A stretch of DNA of 63,805 bases, filler included, from Reclinomonas americana ATCC 50394 (Eukaryota), in assembly GCA_048213135.1 (NCBI GenBank). It is 14 parts of 14 records of this genome, joined end to end, with 100 filler letters (N's around TTAATTAATTAA, not from the genome) between each part and the next. Parts side by side here need not be neighbours in the genome. Positions count along the whole stretch, not along the records: positions 48,461 to 55,448 come from AFZH01019188.1; positions 55,549 to 57,343 come from AFZH01019189.1; positions 57,444 to 60,898 come from AFZH01019191.1; positions 60,999 to 63,805 come from AFZH01019194.1; 10 more parts are not named here. One strand, 5' to 3'. The notes beneath the pieces were generated by a model. The model ran no database searches. It was given only the letters and a program-made list of their open reading frames with translations, and was not told the origin of the DNA. Every line of letters starts with the position of its first letter. Within the stretch, counting starts at the first letter, position 1. A program made the translations under genes and the position numbers. Shown piece after piece: positions 52,055-63,805 of the stretch.

Positions 52055-55000
52055 ATGACTGCGGTGCAAGTGCAGAGCAAACCGCGCTCATTGTCGACTG
52101 GCACCGCGACGCCCATGCCAAGTCACCTTGCGGTGTCGTCGGCGAGTGGGATGGTCAAGGCGACAAGCAATGGGCCGTTGCCTGCAGGAGCGGGATCGTC
52201 GTCGTCGTCGTCTGCAGTGACAGAGGTCGCCAGTGAAATGGTGGAGCCTGTGCAGTTTGTGCAGCAGGTGCGTGCGCTCGATGCACCGCCGTTGGCGTCG
52301 GCGTCGGCGGTGAAGCAGGCGGTGCGCGAGGAGTTGCAGGCCAAGTCGCGGCGAGTGAGCAGTCAAGGTGCTGTCTCTTGTTGCATACACAGGGGGGAAT
52401 CGGACACTGAAGTCTATTCTGCAGTGGGCTTTGTGATGGATCTGAAGCAGAAGATGATTGGGAATGTGGCGGTGCGGGCCTTGTGCGATGCGGTGCAGGC
52501 GGTGGCGGCGGAGCACAAGTCGTTTCGAATTGGCTTCAACCTGCGTGGTAATGGAGTTGCGATTCAACGCGCATGTCTGCATCAGTGTGGGCGCGCTCGA
52601 GTTGTTCACCCGCTCTGTGTGTAGGTGGGTGATGCGGGTGTGCGCAGTCTGGGGGACTTGTTGAAGAAGCCCGTGGGTCTCTTCTACTTGGATCTGTCGA
52701 GTAATGAGTTTGTTGCGTGGGATTCGCTTTGGAACTCTCGCTCTGCAGTCCGAATATTTGACTCGTGAGGCGTTGCAGACGGATCAAGGCCTCAAGTCTC
52801 TCAGCATGTCATTACGCAGCAACGAATCTCTCCGTGTCTTGCTGCTGTCCAAGATGGAGGTGCGTGTGTGTGTATGCGTGTCTGTTTGTTTGTTTGCACT
52901 TGTCATGACACGCGACCCAATGCTTACTTCCTGTCTGTTTTTCCCAAAATAAGACGTGTGGTCAGGGACTGGAACTGCTGCTGGCCGCCTTGGCCTCCAA
53001 CAAGTTCTTGCGGAAACTCGACATCTCAGGTGCACCTCTCGACCTGCAGGCGGTGACGTGGATTGCAAATGTTTCGTCCACGCGATTGTGGTCCGCATCC
53101 ATCCATTGTGCGCTCTCTGTGTGCTCATCCGACACCGCCGCAGATGCTCGAGAGCAACCGAGCACTCCGTGAGCTCGACATTAGTCGCATCATGTTGGCC
53201 GAGAATGCTCTCGACGTCCTCGTGCAGTCCATCGAGCGCAACTTGTATCTCACGTGTCTGCGCATTGATCGGTGTGCCCATCTCCCTCCCTCCTTCGCTT
53301 GCGCTTTCTGTGTCTCACGCTCACCATTCTTTTTGGACGGCAGGTCCTGCCTCAACACGCGCATCTCACAGTCGCTCGAGCAGACGATCGAGCGCAACCT
53401 GACTGTGTACGAGACGATTGAGCAAATGGTGGAGAAGGTGTTTGCTCGTCGGCGATCGGGAATCGGACAGCAGTCGTCACGAGGTCGAGTCGTCTCTGCG
53501 TTGGAGGTGTGTGTTTTTGGATGTGCCTCTTTTTTCGCTCTTCTGTCGTCTTCTAATCGCTTGTCGCGGCAGTTCTTCGACAAGGCCGTCATGAAAACAG
53601 GCCTCATGCCAGAGCAGTTTGAGAATCGCTTCTTCAAAGTGGGTCACGCGGAGACCATTGGACGGAGACCGACCATGGAGGATGCGGCCTCGATCCAGGT
53701 ACGCGCCATGGTGCCACACGTCACGCAATGCACGCTTGCTTACTTTTTCGGTTGTGCAGCTGTTCTTCCGCGACCGAGAAGACGAGGCGTACTTTGGTGT
53801 GTTTGACGGACACGGTGGCGCCGCGGCGTCCGAGTTTGCCGGAAAGTACTTGCACGACTTGATTGCACAACGATTGGACAGCGGCGAATACGAGGGCAAC
53901 ATGGAGATGCTGCTCACCGACTGCTTCCTCGAAGTCAACGACATGATGAGCCAGCAAGCCATTCAGGATGGCACGACAGCGCTGGTGCGTCAGCCACACA
54001 TACACACACACGTATCTTGCTTTTTCCCGTGCGCTGATCACTCCTCGATTGCAGGTCACGTACGTGTCTGGCATGAGGTGTTGGCTGGCCAATGCCGGCG
54101 ACAGCCGTTCTGTGCTTGCTCGGTAAGTGTGTGCATCGCGCGTTGCCTTTCGTCTCCCGCATCTTGCCTCATTGCTCGTGCAGAAACGGCAATGCCATTC
54201 GGTTATCTGTCGACCACACGCCGGCCATTCCGGAGGAGGCGCGTCGCGTGGAGCGCATGGGAGGGTGAGGAACGTGCTGGATGGTGGTTCATGTGTGCTC
54301 GCGTGTATTCACTCTCGCCATGCAGATACGTGTCGCTCGATCGTCGCGTAAACGGCGTGCTGAGCGTGTCTCGTGCCCTCGGTGACTTTTTCCTGCATCC
54401 ACTAGTGACGCCAGAGCCGTTCCTCAATTCTTTTGACATCACGGAGGGTGCGTTGCGGTGGGGGCTCTCGTGGTTGCGTTGTTGCGCTCACACTCGTGGC
54501 GTGCGACGCAGACGATCAATTTATAATCATGGCCTGCGATGGACTGTGGGATATCCTCACCGACGAGCAGGCCGTACAGCTGGTTCGTGGTTCTCGCTCC
54601 GTTTCCCAATGTGCTGCTGCTGACGTTTTCTTCGTGCTCGTGGCAGGTCATTCAAGAGGATCTCATGGACGACCCGCCGCGTGCGGCCTCCATGTTGCGC
54701 GATTTTGCGTACCGACACGGTGAGACTGTGGTGGTGGCGGTGTGGCGCTGCCTTTTTCCCCACTGCCTCTCATTTTTTTGTGTGTCACAGGGTCCACCGA
54801 CAACATCTCGGTGGTCATTATTCGTTTCTTGCACTGGTGCGACGATAACATCGATCACCGCACGCGACTGCTGAGTGTCACCGCCCCCGATATGCCGGAG
54901 CCTGAGCCACCACCACCTGTCTCGACGCCGAGCCGCGCCGCCTCTGCGGCCGCGCATCGCAATGGTCGTCAGCACCACCAGTCACGATCACCGCCGCCAC

Positions 55001-55164
55001 CACCCCCCATGCCGATGATGGAGTTGATACCACCAAACACGGCTGTGGGGGCGGACTTTACGCCGGAGACCCCGGGTTCTCCGAGCACTGCCAGTGGGAT
55101 GCGCACCGAAACCGTCTCGCTGCTGGAACAGGAGGCCGCCGAGTTGCCACCTGTCGAATCTTAA
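52055..55164 (+). CDS. RNI-like leucine-rich repeat plus PP2C (PPM) phosphatase
   Basis: LRRs: FNLRGNGVGDAG, LDLSSNEFTDQG, LRELDISRIML. PP2C motifs: GRRPTMEDA, FGVFDGHGG, DGTTA, ANAGDSR, RVNGVLSVSRALGD, IMACDGLWD, GSTDNISVVII. Confidence 0.93.
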
Positions 55165-56429
55165 ATGCTTTCGGTCTCATAAAGATTATCCTCTTTATAC
55201 ACGCTTTCGCATTCGCAATCCTTCACCAGCCCACGCACGCATGCACCCGTACACAAAAACCCCACACAGCATTCTCTCTTGGCATCCTCGCCGCGCCATG
55301 CTGTCGCGGTGGCGCGCACCTCACTCTGTTTCATCGAGTTCTCTTTCATGGCCCCGCGAGGCGTCCTTCTCGGGTTCCCTGCATCCGCACAGTGCACGTG
55401 TGAGATGAGGGAGGGAGGGAGGATATAGGCATAGTGGAATCAAGACGCNNNNNNNNNNNNNNNNNNNNNNNNNNNNNNNNNNNNNNNNNNNNTTAATTAA
55501 TTAANNNNNNNNNNNNNNNNNNNNNNNNNNNNNNNNNNNNNNNNNNNNCGCACACACACAGTCAGTGAGCACGCGAACAACAAGAGCGCAAAAACACAAC
55601 AAGGAGTGCCGCGCGTACCTCCCACCCACAGCTCCTCCAAATTGCCCATATACATCGCAATACAGTGCGCCGCGCGATCGCTCAACTTGTTCGCTAATCA
55701 CACAACAGTGCATCAGCAACAACAACACACAGAGAGAGATAGACACGCACACACGAGTGCGTGCGTGCGTGCTCACCGGGCAACTTGAGCACGCGCAGTT
55801 GCGGAAAAGGCCGATCGCGCACCGCTTGCAAAAACGCCGCCTCGGTCAATCCACGCCCAGAGAACACAACCTGCACACCAATACACACGCATCAACACAC
55901 ACACGCACACAGAGACAGAGAGAGAAGCGGACAGCAATCACACGAAAACACTGCAAAATGTGCACCCGAGTGTGCGCCAGACTCCTTCAAACCTTCCACT
56001 GCTCTCTGTGCGAGTGCATATCTCACTATCGCACGCACTCTTCTCTCTCTCCAATGTCACATCTCTCTCTCTCTCTTCTCTTTCTCTCTCTCGCTCTCTT
56101 ACCTTTTGCGTGGCACCATTCAACAAGTTTGCAAACTCTTGCGCGACACCCTCTGCCGCCGATCCTCCCCGCGAGCTCCCCGTGCTATTCCCACTCAGTT
56201 TGCGACTGGCCGAGCCTGTGGAGGCCGTGGAAGTCGCAGATCCGCCTCTGCCTCGCACATTGCTTCCACTGACAAGCACTCCAGCTGCGGCTGCGCTGCC
56301 TCCTCCACTTCCACTTCCATTGCCTTTTCTGGGTGCGGAAGGGTCATCGTCGTTGGTGTCATCTGCGTTGTTGTGCTCACCCTGGCCGCCTCTGTCTTTG
56401 GTGGAGTTGCTGGAGGAGCACAAGCCCAT
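55161..56429 (-). CDS. N-myristoylation-motif protein with LRR-like segments; middle in gap, 3' end tentative
   Basis: MGLCSS start, G/S-rich linker, then FPQLRVLKLP...NKLSDRAAHCIAMYMGNLEELWVG. Exon-like segments at 55161-55380 after the gap may complete it. Confidence 0.55.
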
Positions 56430-56654
56430 TTGTGAGAGGTGAGTGAGTGTGGGTGAGGGTGAGAGTGCGCGCGTATGTATTGTGTGGTGGGGTGCGCAGT
56501 GGTCGTGGGACACATGCGTCGTCAATGCATGTGTGTGTTTGTGTCGGCTGTGGTATGTGAGACAGCACGCGTGAGCTGCTTTCTCCCTCCTCCCTCTCTG
56601 TGTAAAGTCTTTTGTGCGCGCATCGCGACTTGCATTCGGGCGAGGAGAGCGAAA

Positions 56655-59600
56655 ATGTCGACGTCGACAGCGTCGTGCCGTTTGCATCTTCATCGCAAAG
56701 CACAAGGACGCTCTTGCCGACACTCATACACTAACAATTGCTGCGTTTACCGAGCTGCAACGACGGATCTTTGCCAGAGCAATCGACGTCGACAAATGCA
56801 AATCCGACTCCCTTCCAGCGCACGTGCAACACAAAGCTCGTTGCAGACAGACGATCGGCAGCCGCAACAGCACCGCACCACCTTCATTGCACTGTTGCCA
56901 GCGACGTTTGTCCCGGATTTCACCTCGAGTCGTCGATCATGCCACCCGCGAGAGGGGACGACGAGGCATCGACCGGCGCACGGCCACGGCGACGTGTACG
57001 CGCTCTGCTGCAACACGTGTTCCCTCGCGTCCTGGCCGTGGCGCAAGCAGGTGCGTGAACGGATCGATCGATCTCTCTCATTGTTGCTGCTGAGTCGTCT
57101 GCGCGCAGCCTCCTCGTCGACAGAGGTGCAGCGACGTGGTCGTGCAGAGACAGAGATCGAGGCGGCTCCGCGTGAGCTGGACGGTCCATCGGCCTCGTGG
57201 TTGTCCAAGATCGTGCGCTCGTTGCAAGGATCGTCCAAGTTGTCGGCCGATTCGTTGCAGGTGAGTGTGCAGCTGGGCAAGGGTGTCTTCTGGTCGCTTG
57301 GCTGACATGCACGCCATCAGGCCTTCAACAACATTCTGTTTCTNNNNNNNNNNNNNNNNNNNNNNNNNNNNNNNNNNNNNNNNNNNNTTAATTAATTAAN
57401 NNNNNNNNNNNNNNNNNNNNNNNNNNNNNNNNNNNNNNNNNNNGCTGGTTGCAAGCTTGTCTCTGCCGTGGTGTCGTGTCTCATTGTGTGTGTGTGTGCA
57501 GTCGGTGGTCGTGCAGTTGCTGGGAGTGTGCTCGTATGTGCCGGGCGAGGGTTTCGTGCTCCACCAGGGACTGGCTCGTGCACTCCTGCAGTGGCGTCGT
57601 CTCGGCGGTGATATTGCGGTGGACCGGCGTCTGGTGGTGTTCACGTACACGGATGCGGCGGTGGCGGCGCACGTGCTGGCGGCCGATCCCGACGCCGGTG
57701 ACCTGTTGTCCACGTTTGCGGTGGTGCGACAGCAGATTGCGCGGTCGCTGGAGCGGCTGGCGGCGGAGACCGAGATGGAGGTGCACTATTGTTGCTGTCA
57801 GACCACCGACGCGCAAGCGATGCAGGAGCCGTCGGTGTGCGCCCAGTTTTTTTCGTCGGGGGTCGGCATGGTGGCCTTCCTGCAGCGTCGCCTCTTCCTC
57901 TCCCTCGACAACTTGGTCTTTGTGTACGGCGACTCCACGCCGTCGGATCGGTGGCGCGACATTGGCCTGCGCTGGCTCGTGTCCGCCGCCAATTTTCTCG
58001 ACTTTGGCGCGCAGCCCAACATCAAGTCCTTGTTGCGTTATAATTACACGCCTCTCTCAACACTCTTTCCTCCCTCACGAGGTGTTGTTGAGGTGGCAGG
58101 TCCAACATTCGCGAGGACCATGTTCGCTCGCGCATGCCATTCCTCACCAATGTGCAACCGCTCTCCGAGGAGGAACTGGAGCGCCTGTCGAGTGACGATT
58201 GTGTGCGACTGCGCGACCCCTACGTCACCCACCTGCTTCCCGTGCAACAACTCGTGCCCCTGACGGCATTGGTCGACAACGGCAGTGGCGATTTGCAGCT
58301 CTTCGAGGAGCAAGCGTGGGGCGGTCGCTTCCACGGACTGGTGGTGCCGGAGAGCATGGCCGACCGCCTGCTGGAATCGAGCCTGCATTCGTCCATTTTT
58401 GTGGTGAGCGGCGCCAAGGGCAGTGCCAGTCTGAGCAGCACCAGCAGCAACAGTAACAGCAACAGTGGCCGAATCGGCAGTGTTCGTGGCTCACTGGAGA
58501 GCACCGGTAGCAGCAGCAGCAGCAGCAGCAGCATGCTGGACCGCAATCTGCGCCTGCTCAGCTCGGGCGCCGCCGTACCGACTCCACCACTGGCCTCCTC
58601 CTCGAATGGCTCGTCATCGCTTTCCTTTTCGTCGTTTCCCATTTTCGGGGCGCCGGCACCTGTCGAGTCACGCAATGCTGCTGCACGGGCACCGCCACCG
58701 CCCGTGCCACCCATTGGTTCGACGACGTATCTACACACGCGTGTTGAGTTTTTTTTTGCTGACACGCACCACATCACACAGACATGTCGTGGGTGCGCGC
58801 CACGTGGACCGAGGACTACACCACCAGCGTGTGCAAGGAGCACGAAGTCAGCAAGGCACAGCTGTTGAGTAACCTTTGTGTATGTGTAATATATCTTGGT
58901 GTTTGACCATGTGGCAGATTGGTGCGAGCCAACCGTGTGCGCTTTCTGGGCATCCGGCGGGAGGGCGACAGTGACAGCCGCATCACGGTGGTCGCGGCTT
59001 GCGAGGGCTCCGAAGCCAACGTCTTTTATCAGCTCGTCGTTGCGCTCCTGCCTCCTGCCCTTTATTTTTGTTCTCTCTCTCCAGTGCTGCTGATGCTTTC
59101 GCTGGCTGCAGCTGCGCTTTGCGGTGACGGGCCAGTATGGCGATTGGACGTGTACGTGCCCCGACTTTACACAGCGGGGCCACAAGCTCGCGTACCCCAT
59201 GTGCAAGCACCTGACTGCCGCCATCATGACCATGCGCGAGGCCGATCCGGCGACTCTGGCACGATTCTCCACGGCACAGTCGCCGAAAGGTGTGTGTCAA
59301 AGAGAAAGAGAGAGGGTGCAGGCCGCGATCTGGAGACTGACCGCGAGACACAGATCTCTTTAGCGCCTTTGACGCGCAGATTGCAGCCGCCAAGAAGTCG
59401 GTCGGTATCAATTCACATTGCGATTGCTGGTATTGCTGCTGATTGTGTAAGTCGTCCTCGCAGGCCGCAGCACCATTGTCGATGGTGCCGCCTGTACAGC
59501 AGGCACAACAGCCGGCGCTGTGGTCGTCTCGTGCGCCGAATGTCACGCGAACCGCCACACTGCCTCCCTTGTCGACGATGCCAGCGCCTGCGGCCGCAAC

Positions 59601-60897
59601 AGCCGCCCCAGTGGGCCGGTTGGTGACTACAACTGGCGCCGATACAGCCACTGCTGCCGCTGGCCGAGGTGGTGGACGGCACTTGCCGGCCTTCTTGTTG
59701 GCGTTGCGTTGTGTGTTTGTTTACAGAAAGAGCGGTGTGTTCTGACGCGAGTACGTTTTCTGTCGACCAGTGCACCCGGCGGCCGTAAAAAGTCCTCGTC
59801 TCGCACGACAAGCACAACGACCACCGCGGCCGCCGGTGATGCAGCGCCCGACGGCGGAGAGGGTCGGCGTGGAAGACGCGAGAAGGAAAATGAGTTGTGT
59901 GGGCGGTCCTTTCCTATGATGCGCCGATGGTCTCCTCACTCACTGCCCCCCCAACCAGCCAACTGAGTCGTCTCGTCAGTGAGTTGCTCGGTGGTCAGGC
60001 CCACGACAGATCTCGCCTGCATCGCGAAAAGGACATGTACGATGTGGCTCGCATGACGCTCATGGAGGTCGGTGCAGCTCGTTCCGCGATACGCTTCCAC
60101 TGGCTGCTGATGTGAATGTCGCCTCGCAGCGTTTTCACGTCCCCGAGGCCGACATCCCCGCCTACTCGGCCTTTGGCGACTCACGCACTCCCAACGGTTC
60201 GCCGCCGCCACCAGCGCCAGCGCCACGGCCCGTGGCACCACCTGTTCGGCGGCGACCACGTGCCGAACCACCATCAAAACGTTCATGCCAGCGGTCCGTC
60301 TCGCCGGAACCCGCTGCTGCTGCTGGCACCTCTTCATCTTCGCCGTCGCCACCACCACCCCGGCCACCACCACCACCACCACGGCAAGCACCGCCCCAGG
60401 TATTTGTGTGCGCTGGTGACTGTCAATTCGCACTCTTGCTGAACCGTGCACGACAGGCGAGTTACATGCAGAAGATGCTGCAGATGATCGCGGCAGCCGA
60501 CACCGACGTGGAGCTCGAGACAGCAGCCGCAGGAGAGCCAACTGCGGCGGCGGCATCCATACACCGGTGCGTATCTCGGCACACAAAAAAACAAGCCACT
60601 CTCGGAACTCATTGCTTTTTCATTTTCACCCTCCACAGCACCGGCAGCGCTGCGAGTGGGAGCGCAACACCACTGCTGTTTACACTGGAGCCGACACTCG
60701 CGTCTCGTGGTGAGCTCCCGTGCATGTCACACTCTGACTGCGCAATAATCATCTCAACCACGCGCGTCTGCAGTATCGCGGTCCAACACGCAAGCCTCCT
60801 CGGCACGCGTACGCCGCAAACGCGGCAACAGTGTGTCTCCAGCCTCCTCCTCGTCCTCCTCCTCGTCTTCCTCTTCCTCCTCCTCCTCGTCGTCATC
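56655..60897 (+). CDS. Protein with a degenerate HAD-IIIA-like domain and a SWIM zinc finger; partial
   Basis: SWIM: WTCTCPDFTQRGHKLAYPMCKHLTAA (~59140-59225) preceded by ACEGSEANVFY. The upstream exon RRLVVFT...VHYCCC...GMVAFLQRRLFLSLDNLVFVYGDS..SD resembles the GmhB/PNK-phosphatase layout. Confidence 0.7.
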
Positions 60898-60998
60898 ANN
60901 NNNNNNNNNNNNNNNNNNNNNNNNNNNNNNNNNNNNNNNNNNTTAATTAATTAANNNNNNNNNNNNNNNNNNNNNNNNNNNNNNNNNNNNNNNNNNNN

Positions 60999-63760
60999 AT
61001 CCTTCGTCTTCTGGATCTTGGCGCCACCACGCTTGTTTGCGCTTGTTGGCCAAGTACTCTTGTCGCTGCGTCTCCAGTGCGTCCTCATCGCCGCCCTCTT
61101 GTAATGACCACTTGAGCATCGGCGGGGCCTGGCGTGTGCGTTGGTCGTTTCCCGCGCGTGTTATGTGTCAACTCTTTTTTGTCCCGAATTCATTCACTGC
61201 TTTTTTCCGATCGCGACGTCGAACCGCGTTGTTGCCAGTACTGCAGGCCGCGTGAGAAGAGATCGGATTGCGGCGGCGGAGCGGACACGCGATCGAGATC
61301 GGTGTAGGTTGACGAGTCGATGGGCGGACCACCACCACCACCTCGACTGCTGCCGCGACTGCCGCGCGGACGGCCGCGTGGTCGGCCACGGGCACGACCG
61401 CTGCCTCCTCTAGCACCTGTGCCGGCTTCCATTGCCTGCTGTGGTGGTGGTGGTGGAGCATAGCTCCAGTCTGCATCGCCGCGACCGCGACCACGACCAC
61501 GACCACGACCGCGGCCACGCCCTCGTCCTCGCCCACCGCGACCACGCCTTGCATCGCCGTATCCACTGCCGTACTCGTCCTCGTCGCCGTCGACCGAGTC
61601 TGCCGCCCACTGACTGACCTCCTTTCGTGGCGGGAACGTGTACGGTATCCGCTGGGCGGCGTCGGGGCCACCCCATTCTGCCGGCACGTAATCGAGCAGG
61701 TCGCTGCGCAGCGAACCGAGAGCAGTGTACTGTTCGCTGAGCGCCGGCACCGCGTCGTCCTCGCTGGCGGCGAGCACTTCGAAATCCGGCGCATTCGCCA
61801 CATGCCGCACCAGCAGCGCATTGCCAATGTCGGTGCGCTGACTGATGTTGGCGTTGTGGAGCACTCGTTGGAGATACTTGAACTGCTGCGCAAACCTGCA
61901 TCGCGAGAGTGAGAAGGGGCAGGCAAAAAAACGTAAGCAGCAACGCAACGTGTCATCCGCCACGGCGGGTGGCTCGCTCAATGTCTGCGTGCGCACAATG
62001 GTGCCGTCGACTGGATCCACGTGCACTGTGGTTGGCGTGGAACGTGAGCAAGCAACTTGCGCATCGTGCATGCTCTCCTGGCGACACACGCACACACCGA
62101 TAAAGAGTCGCGAATGGGGTCTCAGCTGGAAATGCAGCCACCAGCGGAAGCGCTCCTCGAACGACACTTGCTCATCCAGTGGCCGACAGTACTCCACTTT
62201 GACATCGACATGCACTGGCATAACAGACTGCGCGTGTTGTTTTTCGAGTGAGGGGAAGTTAAAATAAAACAGCCCGTACACACACTCACACACACACACA
62301 CACACACACCTCGCCCGTCTTGTCGTGACAAAGGACTTTGTCGCGCACAATCAGCCGATGTTCGCCAAACTCGAGCAAACAGTACGACACGCCACATTCG
62401 ATTGCCGCAGGCTCCTCTTCCCCGGCGTGCGCCCGCACGACCTCGTCTATCGACACTCGCGCCACATCACCATCTCCCGAGGCTTGCGATCGAGCAGCCT
62501 CGAAGTCGACAGCGTCCTCGCCGGTCACACAACAACAGCGCCTTACTACGTGCCGAAACAAAAGTTCGTGACGCTCGCGACCAGTCATTCCACGCGGCAA
62601 CCAGGCCGACTCGAACACCAGCAGTCGTTTGCCTGCACCGCGCAAGAGTAAGCGTCCTGCACTTCACCGACTGCATACCCCATTCTCTGCATCGCTACCT
62701 CCATCACCGGGAAGCACATGCAACGGCGTGCACCACTCGTGTCGCATGGCTGAGGGACCCGGATTGCACATGACAGCATGCAGGGCCGACGACGTGAACA
62801 TGGCAGTGGCGCGATGGGTGGCCGCCAAGTGCAAGGCATGCGGATCGGAGTGCAACGGCACCAACGACTTCCACTGCACGCAACAGTCATGAGCTCCGAA
62901 ACATCGTAGTGCAAGCAGTGCCAACAACACACGCACTCTTTGCAGCACCGTGTCAGGCGAAGCGGAAAACAACGAAAACAGCTTGAGTGGCGCAAACGGC
63001 CGAGTTCTTCCCTGCGCGTAGACGACGGTGAGATTGCCGATCATTGACTCGCACGGAGACCGTTCATATCACGTCACGCAACCGCAGTGGCCATATGGTG
63101 ATGACCAAAGTGATGGGGATCGGCCTCCGATGGGAGCGCGTTGCGCACGACCCAGCGATCGACGACCACTCGGCGTCCGAGCCACTCACTGTGCTGCAGC
63201 TTGGCTTGCTTGCGTGAAACAATCGCCTGCATGCAACAGCAGCAGTGAGACGCAGCGCAGTGCAGAGCCAGGCCGTCGACCTCACGATCACCTGCAACAT
63301 CGGCACAATCTCGTCGGCCATGTGCAGGTACACGTCGCGGTTCTCCTCCTCCGCAACACGCTGCTGCTCCAGCATGTACAAGTGTCGTTCCGCAGCGAGT
63401 TGCTGCCGCGCCACTCTTATCCAGTGCCGTTCCTCGGGCGACAACTGCGACCCCGCACACGAAATCAGCACTGTGACACACGCGCAGTTCGCGGTACACG
63501 CATACACACGCACCCCTTGACCCTGCGACTCCTTCCGTTCCAACGCCATGAACACCTGGTGATCCGCCGCGGTGAACGCCGACACGGGTGGCTCGAGTCC
63601 GCGTCGAGGCAGCGGCTGCTGCGGCAGTGGAGGAAGCGACTGCGCAGGTGCTGCAGGTGATGGTGTCGGTGTCGATGCTGGAGCAGCCGCGGTGGCGGCA
63701 CTCTGCCGCCCTTCGTCGTCGTCCGGCTGCTCATCGTCACCATCCGCGACTGCCGACACG
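60999..63760 (-). CDS. ICE2/NARG2-like protein (NARG2_C-type domain) with RG-rich tail; both ends incomplete
   Basis: PLHSDPHALHLA...TSSAL...EWCTPLHV...LPRGMTGRERHELLF, VSYCLLEFGEHRLIVR, VKVEY...EQVSFEERFRWWLHFQLRPHSRL and RIPYTFPP follow the motif order I recall for ICE2. An RGRGRG tract lies at ~61480-61550. Confidence 0.65.
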
Positions 63761-63805
63761 CACTCGGTGCTGTGCATTTCGTATTGCGATTGTGTGACGA
63801 ATGGC

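Overview
Intron-rich, GC-rich eukaryotic (protist-like) draft scaffold with 13 artificial 100-bp gap spacers (N44-TTAATTAATTAA-N44). It holds about 16 compactly spaced genes: a HECT E3 ligase, a small membrane protein with an in-frame TGA (candidate selenoprotein), an armadillo-repeat protein, a Clu-domain protein, a TKL-like kinase, two unknown proteins (one internally duplicated), a PSP1-domain protein, a GARP/Myb-SHAQKYF transcription factor, a WD40 protein, an Arf-like GTPase, AMPK-alpha/SNF1, an LRR-PP2C phosphatase, an N-acylated LRR protein, a HAD-like/SWIM zinc-finger protein and an ICE2/NARG2-like protein. The main discovery is the apparent ~165-bp satellite at 28554-33400. All 29 of its degenerate units keep YAG + exactly 3 variable nt + a 5' splice motif, which reads as an array of 3-nt micro-exons (about one amino acid each) at the 3' end of the kinase gene. 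Second, many introns across the window use a +1-shifted donor (GTTGCGT / GTTGAGT) that is rare in model eukaryotes. All gene models were read by eye without RNA evidence, and domain calls rest on motif recognition rather than database searches.
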